From the NCBI GenBank assembly GCA_030770535.1, contig JASVEC010000002.1, forward strand, positions 1,488,001 through 1,552,000: a stretch of DNA of 64,000 bases, in the 5' to 3' direction. Below, in pieces: positions 24,046-34,783 of the stretch (position 1 is its first letter; each line of letters opens with the position of its first letter). Below the pieces are notes generated by a model that saw nothing but the letters and a program-made list of their open reading frames with translations, was not told the DNA's origin and ran no database searches. This DNA comes from Batkoa obscura (taxonomy: Eukaryota). The translations under genes and the position numbers were made by a program.

Positions 24046-25671
24046 TTATAGTTGCAGATATTGAGGGATAATAAGATCCTCAGTAATATTCAACATGTTT
24101 AAGTTAAAGGTTGCAGAAGAAGAATTGTAAGGTGGTAAAGTCAAAGCAAGAAGTTTAGATTTTGCTAATATTAATGCAGAGTCAATAAGTTTAGTATATT
24201 CTGGGTTTCTATTTCTTAGAAGAAATAACAAACAATGATATAAGGTAGCGATCATAATATGGGTGATGTAATCTAAAGGCATTTTCAAAATATATTTGAC
24301 CACATTTAAAGCATTAGTAATCAATAAATTGGTATAAGTTTGAGTTGACGTTTCGTTGATGATATGGAATGCCTTTAAGGAAAGAGAAAAGAATTTGAAA
24401 TAACTATATAAACAATAACCTTGGCAAATGTAAATATCTAAAAGATTTGCGTACAGGATGCTTATACTTGTTAACTTGAAACTTTTAATTAATTTTTGGT
24501 ATTTATTGAAACTAACAGTAAAATCATTAATTATTAACTGAATATTAATATAGCAGTCTTCAAATGTGACTAGTTTTTCGGCTACTTGTGCTTTTATAAA
24601 TACTATTTTATCAAAATGGTACGAAAACTCTTCCAAAAAGCTATTAAATGATAATGAACAGATGTGAATAACACTTTGAGTTGATTTCAAATTTAGTTTC
24701 TTAAGGTTGAAATCCACTGAACTACGTAACTTGTTGGGATAATCTTGAATAGCCGGATGTACAAAATAAGATGCAGTTGAAAACATAGTTACTATATAGT
24801 TTATTGAATTAAATACCATTTTTCTTTCAATCTTCGCTTCTAAACTCAATTTCGGACATGTAAATTGTAATCCTAAAATGTTTTTAGCTTGAACTAAATA
24901 ATTGACAAATTCTGTAGTAAGCTTAGCTACCCATTTAAACTGTCGTAATTCTAAAAGTAAAATAATAATACTTTGAAGAGTGTTTAAAGTTGGTTTGCAA
25001 TTGTACGGTGTTTTAAAATATGAATGCAGATGAACTTCGCAATAGTTAACTAGCTCAACTGCTTTCCTATCCCTATTTGATTTTAATCCACATGCAATTA
25101 TTGCTAGTTTAGTCGTGTTGTGACATATATTGAAATTGAAAATTTGTAAGTTAAATATTGGCATAGTAACATGCTCAGTTTTCAGGTAATTTCTTATCCC
25201 TAAAAGTATAAGTGAAGGGGTATAATGAGGTTTCTCAACTTTCGGAAGTAGTTCTATTTCAGCCAAATACCTTGGTAGACTTAGTCTGTTCATTTGTACA
25301 GCCAAAGATACCATTAATTCAATCCCTTTATTAAAATTATTTAATGGAGGATATTGTAAAAGTGATAGTAGATTATCTTTTAATAATTTTGAGGGTAGCA
25401 TTGATACTAATGACGACGCTGCTTTTACGGAAGTGCATAAACCCATATTAGTTTCAAAAGTATAATTGAAGCTATTATCTATGTATACGTTTTTAGTTGA
25501 TATTGAATCAGACAGTTCAAAGCTTCCTTTATGCTTCGTACTATATTTGTCATTTCCCATAGTAATGCATTTTAGATTTTCCGGTTGACAATGAATACAT
25601 CTAGACAAAATACGATCATTTCTTTTGTGATGTTTACACTTATTACAGCGGTGTAATATCCTTCCAAGCAT
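24046..25671 (-). CDS. Divergent Zn(II)2Cys6-type transcription factor-like protein (5 of 6 Cys)
   Basis: First ATG at 25671; CNKC-KHHKRN-DRILSR-CIHC-QPENLK-C; downstream PTLNTLQSIIIL..AKNILGL..ERK resembles a fungal TF middle region. Confidence 0.65.
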   Translation of the reverse strand: MLGRILHRCNKCKHHKRNDRILSRCIHCQPENLKCITMGNDKYSTKHKGSFELSDSISTKNVYIDNSFNYTFETNMGLCTSVKAASSLVSMLPSKLLKDNLLSLLQYPPLNNFNKGIELMVSLAVQMNRLSLPRYLAEIELLPKVEKPHYTPSLILLGIRNYLKTEHVTMPIFNLQIFNFNICHNTTKLAIIACGLKSNRDRKAVELVNYCEVHLHSYFKTPYNCKPTLNTLQSIIILLLELRQFKWVAKLTTEFVNYLVQAKNILGLQFTCPKLSLEAKIERKMVFNSINYIVTMFSTASYFVHPAIQDYPNKLRSSVDFNLKKLNLKSTQSVIHICSLSFNSFLEEFSYHFDKIVFIKAQVAEKLVTFEDCYINIQLIINDFTVSFNKYQKLIKSFKLTSISILYANLLDIYICQGYCLYSYFKFFSLSLKAFHIINETSTQTYTNLLITNALNVVKYILKMPLDYITHIMIATLYHCLLFLLRNRNPEYTKLIDSALILAKSKLLALTLPPYNSSSATFNLNMLNITEDLIIPQYLQL

Positions 25672-26093
25672 ACTTTTGGTTAATTTTGAAAACCAAGTTA
25701 TCAAGAAATCAGTATACCTTTTTTATCGTTATATATTATAAATATTTTTTTAAATATTAAAAACAAACTTTAATTTGATATAAAAATATTTTATAAACCA
25801 GTTTGCTAAAGCAAGTTTTCATCGAATTACCTTATCAAGTATTGTGATATTCTTCTTACAATACTATAATTGGAATGGCTAAATATTTGTTCTTTGAGAT
25901 TTAAAATTGCTACATTTTAAACAAACTTATAAACTATAGTATTATTATTAGTTATCTTGAGTTTTATTAAATTTAATAGGAACATGTTTGTGTAACATTT
26001 AGCTAATATTTCTTTTGAAACTTAAGCTAGTTAAAATATGAGCAAAAAACTCGAATGAAAAATGGCATTCATTTAAGCTATATTATATAAAAC

Positions 26094-26182
26094 CGTTTTT
26101 TTGATTTCATTACTTTTTCCATTTTTAAGCATTATTTGAGTGGAAAGATTGTTAGTAAAATTCTTAAATAAAAAACATCCCC
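26094..26182. mobile_element. ~98 bp MITE, one end lost
   Basis: Family core ending ACATCCCC ATAT. Confidence 0.8.
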
Positions 26183-26495
26183 ATATATACAATTTCCCAC
26201 TGCTTGAGTGATAAATTATTCAATTTAATCACACTTAAGGTTTAGGAATATGATAAATCTATTGTAGAAGTAAAATCATAGTTTAATTTTATACTTAATG
26301 TGTTGTAATTTCCCTAATAAGTATATAAGACTATAAGTGTGATATAAACCTGAAACTTCTTATTTTGTAAAAAGTCATTTGATTTTATAGAACATATTAT
26401 ACTAAGATCAAATTATAGGTGTTATCACTTAATAGTTAAAGTAGCAATCGTTATAAAGCGTTTATTTAAAGTGATAATGATACTAGTCAACAAAT

Positions 26496-26594
26496 GGGGA
26501 TGTATTTTTGTGTTTAAGAATTTTACTAACAGTTTTTCCGCTCAAATAGTGCTCAAAATATGGAAAAAGTAATGAAACCAAAAAAAACACCCCC
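26496..26594. mobile_element. ~98 bp MITE
   Basis: Family sequence; AAAT TSD. Confidence 0.9.
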
Positions 26595-26965
26595 AAATAT
26601 AGGTTATATTGTTAATTTATTATCTAAAATAATTAATTTAAACTAAAGAAAAATAATTTTAACCAAAAAAACATTAGTGTTAATTTATCATATTGGGTTT
26701 GCCAGTATTTATGATAAATTGGATTTTTACATCGGTTCACTTCTCGCTACTATGCTTACAAAATATACAAATACTCAGTATTTCCAGAATTTCATTTTGC
26801 TACTTAATATCTTTGTCGATCATGTTATATTTATATCTTATCTTATCCAAATTAACTTCCTATTATTTGGCTACTACTTTTGTTTATAAATAATCTGTAA
26901 ACTCATAGTTAGACGATAATTTTTAATAATTAGAATAAAAATTCAAGCTGACAAAAAAACTTTAT

Positions 26966-27430
26966 TTACATAATAGAGATGCGATGAACTTTTTCAACAT
27001 TTTGCTTAGGTACAGTTAATTTAAGGACACCAAGCTCAAGGGTAGCGGAGATATTTTCTGGATTTACAGGAGAGGACAACTTGACTTCACGATGAAGTTT
27101 CGAAGGCTCGAATTCTTTTACCAAGAATTTTGGTTTGTTTTCTTTTTCCGAGTCGGTAGCTTCCTTAACCTTAGTTTCAATGATTATGCTATTGTTAGTA
27201 GAGCTATAATCAATTGAAATATCGCTTTTCTCATATCCTGGAGTCAAAGCTTGGATCTGAAATTCATTTTCATTTTCAATCAAGTTTATTTGGATATTTT
27301 TGCTGCGGTTTTGTAGTTTATGTGTCCCTTTATTACCCTTCTTGTGCTCTGGGTTCAAATGGCTGAGCATAAGGAGCTCAACTGGAGAGTATTGATCAAA
27401 TAAATCAGTAATAGTGTATTGAGTAGACAT
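26966..27430 (-). CDS. Small heat-shock protein (Hsp20/alpha-crystallin)
   Basis: PGYEKSDISI, ISATLELGVLKLTVPK, C-terminal ISI (IxI) motif. Confidence 0.92.
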   Translation of the reverse strand: MSTQYTITDLFDQYSPVELLMLSHLNPEHKKGNKGTHKLQNRSKNIQINLIENENEFQIQALTPGYEKSDISIDYSSTNNSIIIETKVKEATDSEKENKPKFLVKEFEPSKLHREVKLSSPVNPENISATLELGVLKLTVPKQNVEKVHRISIM

Positions 27431-27567
27431 GTTTTGTGTTATAGATTTAATGTTCTTTCTTATTATTTCATTGTTTTATTGTTCATCTTTTATACTTTTT
27501 TTTTCTACCTTAGCATTTTTCTTTGTGTTTATAGTAGTGACTACTTTTTCCTGTTCAACTCGTTAAT

Positions 27568-27582
27568 TTTCTGGAAGTTTCT
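27568..27582. promoter_or_regulatory. Heat-shock element (three inverted nGAAn units)
   Basis: tTTCtgGAAgtTTCt, ~140 bp upstream of the Hsp20 ATG, in a divergent promoter. Confidence 0.75.
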
Positions 27583-27778
27583 TCACTTTAGGTTACTAAA
27601 ATTTTGTGCGATGAGTTCATTGAAATATCAAAAAACCAATGAAAATAGGTATATATACAATTATAGATTCTATTGGATAATAAATTGATAGTCGAAGTTT
27701 GACTAATATCTTTGGGTAAACATAAGCATTTCAGCATAACAAGCAACATCTTCTAAATCATAAAATGATTTTTTTAAG

Positions 27779-28506
27779 ATGAATAGCAACGACGAATTTT
27801 TCCACTTTTTTAACAACATTGTAGAGACCATTTTCAACTCGCATGATAGAACTTTTAATCAAGAACCAAACAATATAAACCCAAGGGAAATTCTGTTAAG
27901 CGATGAGAATACAACTAAGGTAATTTTATATTAAGATGAGATGTTTATTTCTAAATATGTTATTTTAGAATTCCCCAAGAGATAGTTTGATGAAGCGAGA
28001 AGGTAAAAGGCCTCAAAGTAATTTTGTTTTATCTATAGTTATTTATACTTAGCTTAATAGATATGAATCCTGATCCAGTTAGTTTATTAGATATATTTCT
28101 TAATAAAGAATCCCCTTTTGATGTGCTGAATGAACCAGAACAGCGAAATTTAGACGAAAGAGAGCAAGTTATTGCTTCAAGCAATACCGATTCATTTCTA
28201 TTTAATCCATTTCAAAGCTTAAACACAGCATTAAATGGATTAAATTCGATGAACAATAAAAATTTTAGTTACTCTTATACTATGACAAGCTATAAAGACA
28301 GCGATGGTAACGTTCACACAAAGAAAGTTACTAAAGATTCAGATGGTAATGAAAAAATTGAGGAGAGTTTTAAATCTAAAAATGATCCTGCCTCCTACAT
28401 TGCCCCCTTAAGCAATTTTGATGAACTGGTTGAGAATAATAGTGGTATTAATAGAATCTTTGAGGGATTTAGCTCATTATTTAATAATTTTGGATTCAGG
28501 AACTAA
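27779..28506 (+). CDS. Possible HAX1-like protein; exons 27779-27919, 27969-28002, 28061-28506
   Basis: Two GT-AG introns extend the 28063 ORF in frame. Phe-rich N-terminus, PRDSLMK motif, SYSYTMTSYKDSDGNVHTKKVTKDSDGN segment. Confidence 0.6.
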
Positions 28507-28598
28507 ACTCAAATAAAGGATTGTATAGAATTTTGTCATTTAATTTTGCAAATTTCGCAGAACTTCTTTTTTATATTACTTTACTTAAGTATCTTACA

Positions 28599-28907
28599 AT
28601 GGTGACTATTCAATTCTTTGCTGAAGCTGCAGAAAAATACGATTCTCATGAAGAAACCTTAAATGAAGATAAGTTAGACTTGGTTCTTTTACATTTGTTT
28701 ACCAAAAATCTAGCATTTAAAGACTACTTTATGGTTAGATTTCCTTCAGTTAAATTAGCTCTCAATCAGAATTACATTGAGGAAGTTGATATTAATCAAG
28801 AAATAAAGGTAGATGAGCTAGAGCGCTTTTTGAACTATTATTATGGGCATATAAAACTCAATGAAAAGGATATTCTGGCATTCATTCCACCAGTATCGGG
28901 AGGTTAA
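28599..28907 (+). CDS. MOCS2A: Molybdopterin synthase sulfur-carrier subunit (MoaD/MOCS2A-like)
   Basis: MVTIQFFAEAAE start, LALNQNY, C-terminal DILAFIPPVSGG. Confidence 0.85.
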   Translation: MVTIQFFAEAAEKYDSHEETLNEDKLDLVLLHLFTKNLAFKDYFMVRFPSVKLALNQNYIEEVDINQEIKVDELERFLNYYYGHIKLNEKDILAFIPPVSGG

Positions 28908-28990
28908 TAAAACAGTAAGAATGAAATAAAGAATTAAAACAAAAGAAATACATTTTTAATTAAACAATAAAATAGAATCTTACAAAACAG

Positions 28991-29539
28991 CTACAGTTGT
29001 AATTCAAGAATATATGCATCAGTAGGCTCAATATTCCTATAATAGTTACCCACTCTTTCCAAAATCTTAAATCCGTACTTTAAATAAAATTGAATAGCTT
29101 CATCGTTGTTGATTTGTACATGTAAATAAATCCTTTTAAACTGACTATCCTTAGTTTTTTCTAGTATATATTCTAATAGAGCACCACCTAATCCTAGCCT
29201 ACGATAAGGCGATAAAACCCCTAACGTCATTAAATAGATTGAACATTCTCCTTCTTCTAAAGTGTCATCCAACTCACTTGTGTCTACTCGACAGCAAATT
29301 GCACCTACGCAATTGTCTTTATAAAAGCCTAGCAATTGTCAAATCATATTTAAATTAAAATAAATTTACTTACATAAACGGGAATAATCCCCTATAAGTA
29401 ACACCATTTTATAAAATATAGGCGAATATGAGATTGGAAATAGGATACTATTTAAAAGCTTTAACTTCGATAAATTAACTTCATTTATAGCTTCTAAACG
29501 ATAAGAATCTTTAGTGAGTGCTGAGCTATCTTCCAACAT
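28991..29539 (-). CDS. NAA50: N-alpha-acetyltransferase 50; exons 29539-29374, 29328-28991
   Basis: LNSILFPISY, VGAICCR, YLMTLGVLSPYRRLGLG, IYLHVQINN, YYRNIEPTDAY. Confidence 0.92.
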
Positions 29540-29748
29540 TTAGTAAAAAAAAGGTTTGTAAGTTCTTGTTTATTGTTTATGGATTTTATTGGTGCTTATT
29601 TAAGCATAATATTAAATTGTCAATTGAGCCTTTTTATTAAATTATTGTACCCCCCCTGAATTATTTTCAAAGCTAACTAAAAGAATAAATAGGAATAAAC
29701 TTTATATTATATTCGACTTTTATTATAAAGAACTTTACAAATATAATG

Positions 29749-30618
29749 TTAATTTTGATTCTCCATCTCAATGCCAATTTCTTTGGATCTCTCACTACAT
29801 GCATTTAAAGTATTTTTAATGACAGTCTCAAAATCGTCTTTAATAAGCTGTTGAATTGCAGCATAAGTAGTACCATTGGGGCTAGTAACTCTTCTTCTTA
29901 ATTCTTTAGGATCTACTTCACCATCGAAGCATTGATTTAGAACCATTTTAGAAGCACCTAGCGCAGTAACCGTGGCTAGTCTTCTGGCTTGTAAAGGCTC
30001 TAATCCAAGGCGTACACCTTCTTTCTCCATACATTCCAACATATAAAAAAAGTAAGCAGGGCCGGAACCAGAAATAGCAGTTATGCTATCCATCAAGTTT
30101 TCTCTGGTTACCCAAACCATACCTCCCTCACCAGCTATTGATCCCATGATCGATTCCACTTTGTTTCTTAAACCTTGATCTTCATTTTCATAATAAAAAC
30201 CTAAAGCCCCTTGCCCTACTAAAGCTGGGGTATTGGGCATACATCTAACAATCTTCAATTTTTCATAATTTGTTAACCATTTTTTCATAGAATCAACTTT
30301 AACTCCCGCTACTAAGGAAACTAATATACTGCTTTGTTCGTTTAATAAGTCTGAGAGCCCATTTTCAGTCAATACTTTTTTTGTTATATTAGGCTTTACT
30401 CCTAATACTATTGTTTCACTGTTGTCTGCTGCTTTCAAATTATTGTCAGTTATAGTTACTCCACTAAATAAAGTCTCTAATTCCTTCCTTCTGTTCTCAT
30501 TTGGCTCACTTATACTTATTTTGTTAGCCGGATACTTTGCCTTTAATAGACCACCTACGATCGCTCCGCTCATATTACCTCCTCCTATAAATGCTATTTT
30601 ACTGTATTTTTGTAACAT
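29749..30618 (-). CDS. PRO3: Pyrroline-5-carboxylate reductase
   Basis: FIGGGNM, RCMPNTP, TAISGSGPAY, LRRRVTSPNGTT. Confidence 0.97.
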   Translation of the reverse strand: MLQKYSKIAFIGGGNMSGAIVGGLLKAKYPANKISISEPNENRRKELETLFSGVTITDNNLKAADNSETIVLGVKPNITKKVLTENGLSDLLNEQSSILVSLVAGVKVDSMKKWLTNYEKLKIVRCMPNTPALVGQGALGFYYENEDQGLRNKVESIMGSIAGEGGMVWVTRENLMDSITAISGSGPAYFFYMLECMEKEGVRLGLEPLQARRLATVTALGASKMVLNQCFDGEVDPKELRRRVTSPNGTTYAAIQQLIKDDFETVIKNTLNACSERSKEIGIEMENQN

Positions 30619-31813
30619 CTTTTATAAACAAACACCTTTATTTAACTACTTAATCATTTTATATATCATCATTATTTTTATGCTTCAGAATATTGGCTCT
30701 GATTTATTGGCTAATGTAATTCTACTATTTTTGTTTTATTATTATGATTTCACTTAATCCTTAAATGAATTGACGAAGAATTAAATAGTAGTCCCACTGT
30801 TCTAAATAAAGGTCGAGCTGCTTCTTATGTTGTTGTTCTAAAAAAAACATATAAAATTGCACTTTTTCAGAGAGTAGCTAGGTCCATTTGTTTAGTGGCT
30901 TCAATCGAATAGTTGCTCTTTACCAAAGGTCAAAAATGCAGCTTCTTATTAAGACTTTACTTTGGAATATAGCAGATACAACTTACGGTTTTCTCATGCT
31001 ACATTAGAAAACTGTACTCAGTTTTCAATCTAATTTTTACATATCCTTTGTCTTGATAATCTCTGGAACCTCTATATGAAACTATAGAACAAATATACTA
31101 TGGTTTGAAAAATATGGGGCTACAAAAAAGCTACGACCAATATTGAAAGTCAGGTTGAATGAACTTATATTTTTTCCCATTTTTGATCAATGTTTGAACT
31201 TGCAAGTTTACAAGACTAAAAGGTAGGAAAAAATAAAAATGAAAACCCGTGAGTTATTATTTTATCTAACATTCTACTAGTAATTTTTTTTATAGAGAAA
31301 TCACTTTTTGCTTATCATTTATACTTAATTTACCTTTGGAATAAATAGAATCGGAAAAAAGTTGAACCCTCGGACCTTGGTTTAAATTCACTTATTTGAA
31401 TAATATCCTTTATATTTAGACAGTATTAATATAAATTTTAATAAAGTATAAATAAATCACACAGTAAATAAGTTATAAATCTATTATTTTATCTTTAAAA
31501 ATTGAAGTTTGTATCGTTAATTTATTATTGGTACCCTGGCATCTTTTTTTAAATCTTTTTCTCTTTATCATTTTACTCCTTTTTTAAAAGTCCCAGATTT
31601 ATATTAAATTTCATTAATATTGCTTTATAAACTTTAAAATTCTTCTAAGTAGTCATCATTGGAGCTGGGGCTACTGACGAAAAATCATGTTGCTTCTTAA
31701 TAAACATAAAATAATAACACATAGCATCATAGTAAAACGGGACCTCAAATACTATAAAAGAGAAGGCCAATCAAATGCAAACATCAAACAATTAAGTTTG
31801 ATACTAAATTGAA

Positions 31814-32836
31814 ATGGTACAGAAGGAAATTTTGATGAAAACACTTGAAGTTGTTGTTATTGCTACTTTAACTGCATTTTCACAAGCAGCACCAGCCGAT
31901 AGAAATTCAACAAAATCGAATGACACTCCATCTAGCAAAATCATCAATGGCTCTGACGGTTCATGGGCAAACTATCCATCTTTGGTTTCATTACGTGTTA
32001 ATGGAGGACATTCCTGCGGTGGTGCTCTCTTGAATGCTAACACTGTTTTAACTGCTGCCCATTGTTCCGAACATTCTCCTGCCTCTGTCTCTGTGTGGGC
32101 ATATGCCGGTGGAAACCTACAAAGGCGTCAATGGCCACCACAAGGACAACAACCACAAATTCCATGGATACCACAAGAGCAACAACCACAAATGCCATGG
32201 ATACCACAAGAGCAACAACCACAAATGCCATGGATACCACAAGAGCAACAACCACATGAGCAACAACCACAAATTCCACAAGGACAGCAGCAGCCAAAAC
32301 AAGGCCAAGGCCAAGGGCAGATCAAAGGTGGGCCAGATGGCTCATACACCGAACATAGAGTGAGCCAAATCATTAAGCATCCTAGTTATACCTCAGCCGG
32401 CTTTATTCAATATGATGTTGCGATATGGAAATTAGCGGCCCCAGTTAGTACACGTAATTTCTACCAAATTGATACCCAAAATACAGGTGATCGCGAAGGT
32501 ACTTCAACCAAATTTGCAGGTTGGGGAAGGGTTGATTCAAACGATCAACAAAAGTTGGCTTCAAAGCTCCAAGAAGCTAATCTCCCTGTATATTCTTTTG
32601 AGTCTTGTAATGCTGCCTATCAAGGTTTAACTAGGTCTCATCATTTGTGTGCTGGTTATCGTGAAGGCCGCTCATCTGTTTGTCAAGGTGACTCTGGAGG
32701 TCCACTTGTTATTGATAACACTATTATTGGCGTTACTTCTTTTGTTAAGGACTTAAAATGTCTTAATCCAGATTATCCTTCTGTATTTGCACGTGTAAAT
32801 ACTTATGCTCAATGGATTCAGCAAAATAGTAGTTAA
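31814..32836 (+). CDS. Secreted S1A (trypsin-fold) serine protease with Pro/Gln repeat insert
   Basis: Signal and pro-peptide, K|IING, LTAAHC, YDVAI, CQGDSGGP. Ser rather than Asp at the position-189 equivalent suggests non-tryptic specificity. Confidence 0.95.
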   Translation: MVQKEILMKTLEVVVIATLTAFSQAAPADRNSTKSNDTPSSKIINGSDGSWANYPSLVSLRVNGGHSCGGALLNANTVLTAAHCSEHSPASVSVWAYAGGNLQRRQWPPQGQQPQIPWIPQEQQPQMPWIPQEQQPQMPWIPQEQQPHEQQPQIPQGQQQPKQGQGQGQIKGGPDGSYTEHRVSQIIKHPSYTSAGFIQYDVAIWKLAAPVSTRNFYQIDTQNTGDREGTSTKFAGWGRVDSNDQQKLASKLQEANLPVYSFESCNAAYQGLTRSHHLCAGYREGRSSVCQGDSGGPLVIDNTIIGVTSFVKDLKCLNPDYPSVFARVNTYAQWIQQNSS

Positions 32837-33324
32837 ATAAACTGGTTAGATTTTTAATAGTCGAAAATTTTATAGCATCTTATGAAGTTTAATTATGTAC
32901 CAAATAGCTTCCTATTAGTAAAGAAATCCAGGGTTTTTACACAACAAAGCTCGAGATTGGTCTCTTATTGCTTTAGTTATTAAATGGATCATTTTATTAT
33001 TTTACTATTTGTTGCTTTATATCATACTTTGATTGAAAGAATATTACAAAACATTTGAGATCAATATAAGATGATTTTTCTAAAGTTTTGTGAATCTGCA
33101 TAACTAGACATGTTGATTTTATTTACATAAATATTTCGTAAAATCACTTGTTAAGTTTTATCATACAAATTAGGTATTCGAATGTAGCTAATTCGTTGAT
33201 AAAACTATATCTATGTAATCTTTTTAGAACTTGAATATAGGTAACTGTATTTACAGTTTACTTTTATATATTTGAAAGGCTTTGAAAACTGTTATTGATA
33301 AAACTTAAATAAAATTATGATGAA

Positions 33325-33558
33325 AGGTACTGACTGGGTAGGCAGTAGTTTTTTCATTGTAAAAAAATTCTATTTTGGATAAAATCTTATTTCAAGTAAA
33401 AAATAATTGGGATTGGGATTTGGATACAGCTATTATATACTTTAATAATGTTAGGGCTAGGGTTGGAGCTAGTGTTCATATTTAATTAAATTTAACCAGT
33501 GACTTTTTCGATAAAACTCAATTACTTTAGCAAAAACTACTACCTACTTAGTATCCCC
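33325..33558. repeat. Possible ~230 bp MITE with imperfect terminal inverted repeats
   Basis: ggtaggcagtagttttt (~33337) versus aaaaactactacctac (~33532). Confidence 0.4.
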
Positions 33559-33616
33559 TACTAATTTTAATTATTCGGCTAACTATACTTACCATTTAAA
33601 AGATGATCTTATAAAA

Positions 33617-33688
33617 AGGTCACGCCGAGGCTCGAACTCGGATTACAAGAATCAGAATCTTGGGTGCTAGCCATTACACTACGCAACC
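33617..33688 (-). tRNA. tRNA-Gln (anticodon CTG)
   Basis: Reverse strand reads GGTTGCGTAGTGTAATGGCTAGCACCCAAGATTCTGATTCTTGTAATCCGAGTTCGAGCCTCGGCGTGACCT: cloverleaf, A/B boxes, then a T-run. Confidence 0.97.
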
Positions 33689-34783
33689 GCTTAAATCAGC
33701 CGTTAAGATCTAAAATTATAAATAAATTACACTAAAGTAAAAAGTCAATCACAATTTTGTTTGGTAAAAAATAATTCTTATCATTTAAACAACCTTAATA
33801 CAAACCTGGCACTATAACTATTTATACATGGTAAACTATGCATAAGTTTTAGCTTTATTGCTTTTTGTATTTTTTTTCAGTTAGCTTTTTAACAGTTCAA
33901 TTATGACTACAGTTTAACAAAAAATATCTTTAAAACATAATAAACAAATTAAAAAATAAACTAAATTCATAAAAGCCTCCAGCTTTTAATAAAGAACTAT
34001 TAAGGGATTTTTCAAAAATGTGTTAAAGTTTTAACTGTACTTAGATTGATTTATAGTTTTAAGCTTGATAGAATATTGATAGGATATAAAGTGATCTATC
34101 AAGCTATCAAGAACAGCTATTAATACACATAATAGTTTTAAAGATAAATAAATCATATGCTATAGCTTTATGATTTTAATAATTTAGAATAGAAAGAGAT
34201 TATCAAGTATTAAAAATTTTAAAAAATAGAAATGGCACTTTTTAATAATTAATTAAAATTGGCTTGCAATATAAAAGGAGAAGATAAATAGCATTTAGTC
34301 AAGGAAGTAAAAAACCTTATTTTTAATAATGTATTATCGGTTTAAGGGCATAACGATATAACAGTAGAAATAAAATGAAAGTAAACTGTTAATAGCTTTT
34401 TGGCCATTTTCGGTTAGTCGGGAGTAATAAACAAAAAGTTTTCTCCACTATATCTTGGCCAATTAATTTTACAACCATATTTAACTATCATTTGTAGTCA
34501 AAGTTTAAACATCAACCAATCAATTAATAGCGCATTCTCAAATAATTTTATGAAATTTTAATAATATTATATTAAGAGATATCAAATAGATCAAAATTCT
34601 ATATTTCGTGGGGGAAAATGAATATGTTTCAAAGGATCCATAGAAAACAAGTAAGGCCATTGTATATAAATAAGAAAGGCAAACAGTTTTAATGACTACT
34701 TTGATTTAGTTTACTTAATTCTTTTTATTCTACCTAATTTTATTTAATTCACTACTTTCCCATATTAACTAAACTAATTAAAA

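Noticed and set aside
32128..32373. Cys-rich antisense ORF resembling a metallothionein
   Set aside because: It is the reverse complement of CAA/CCA-rich codons in the protease insert, with no independent gene signals.
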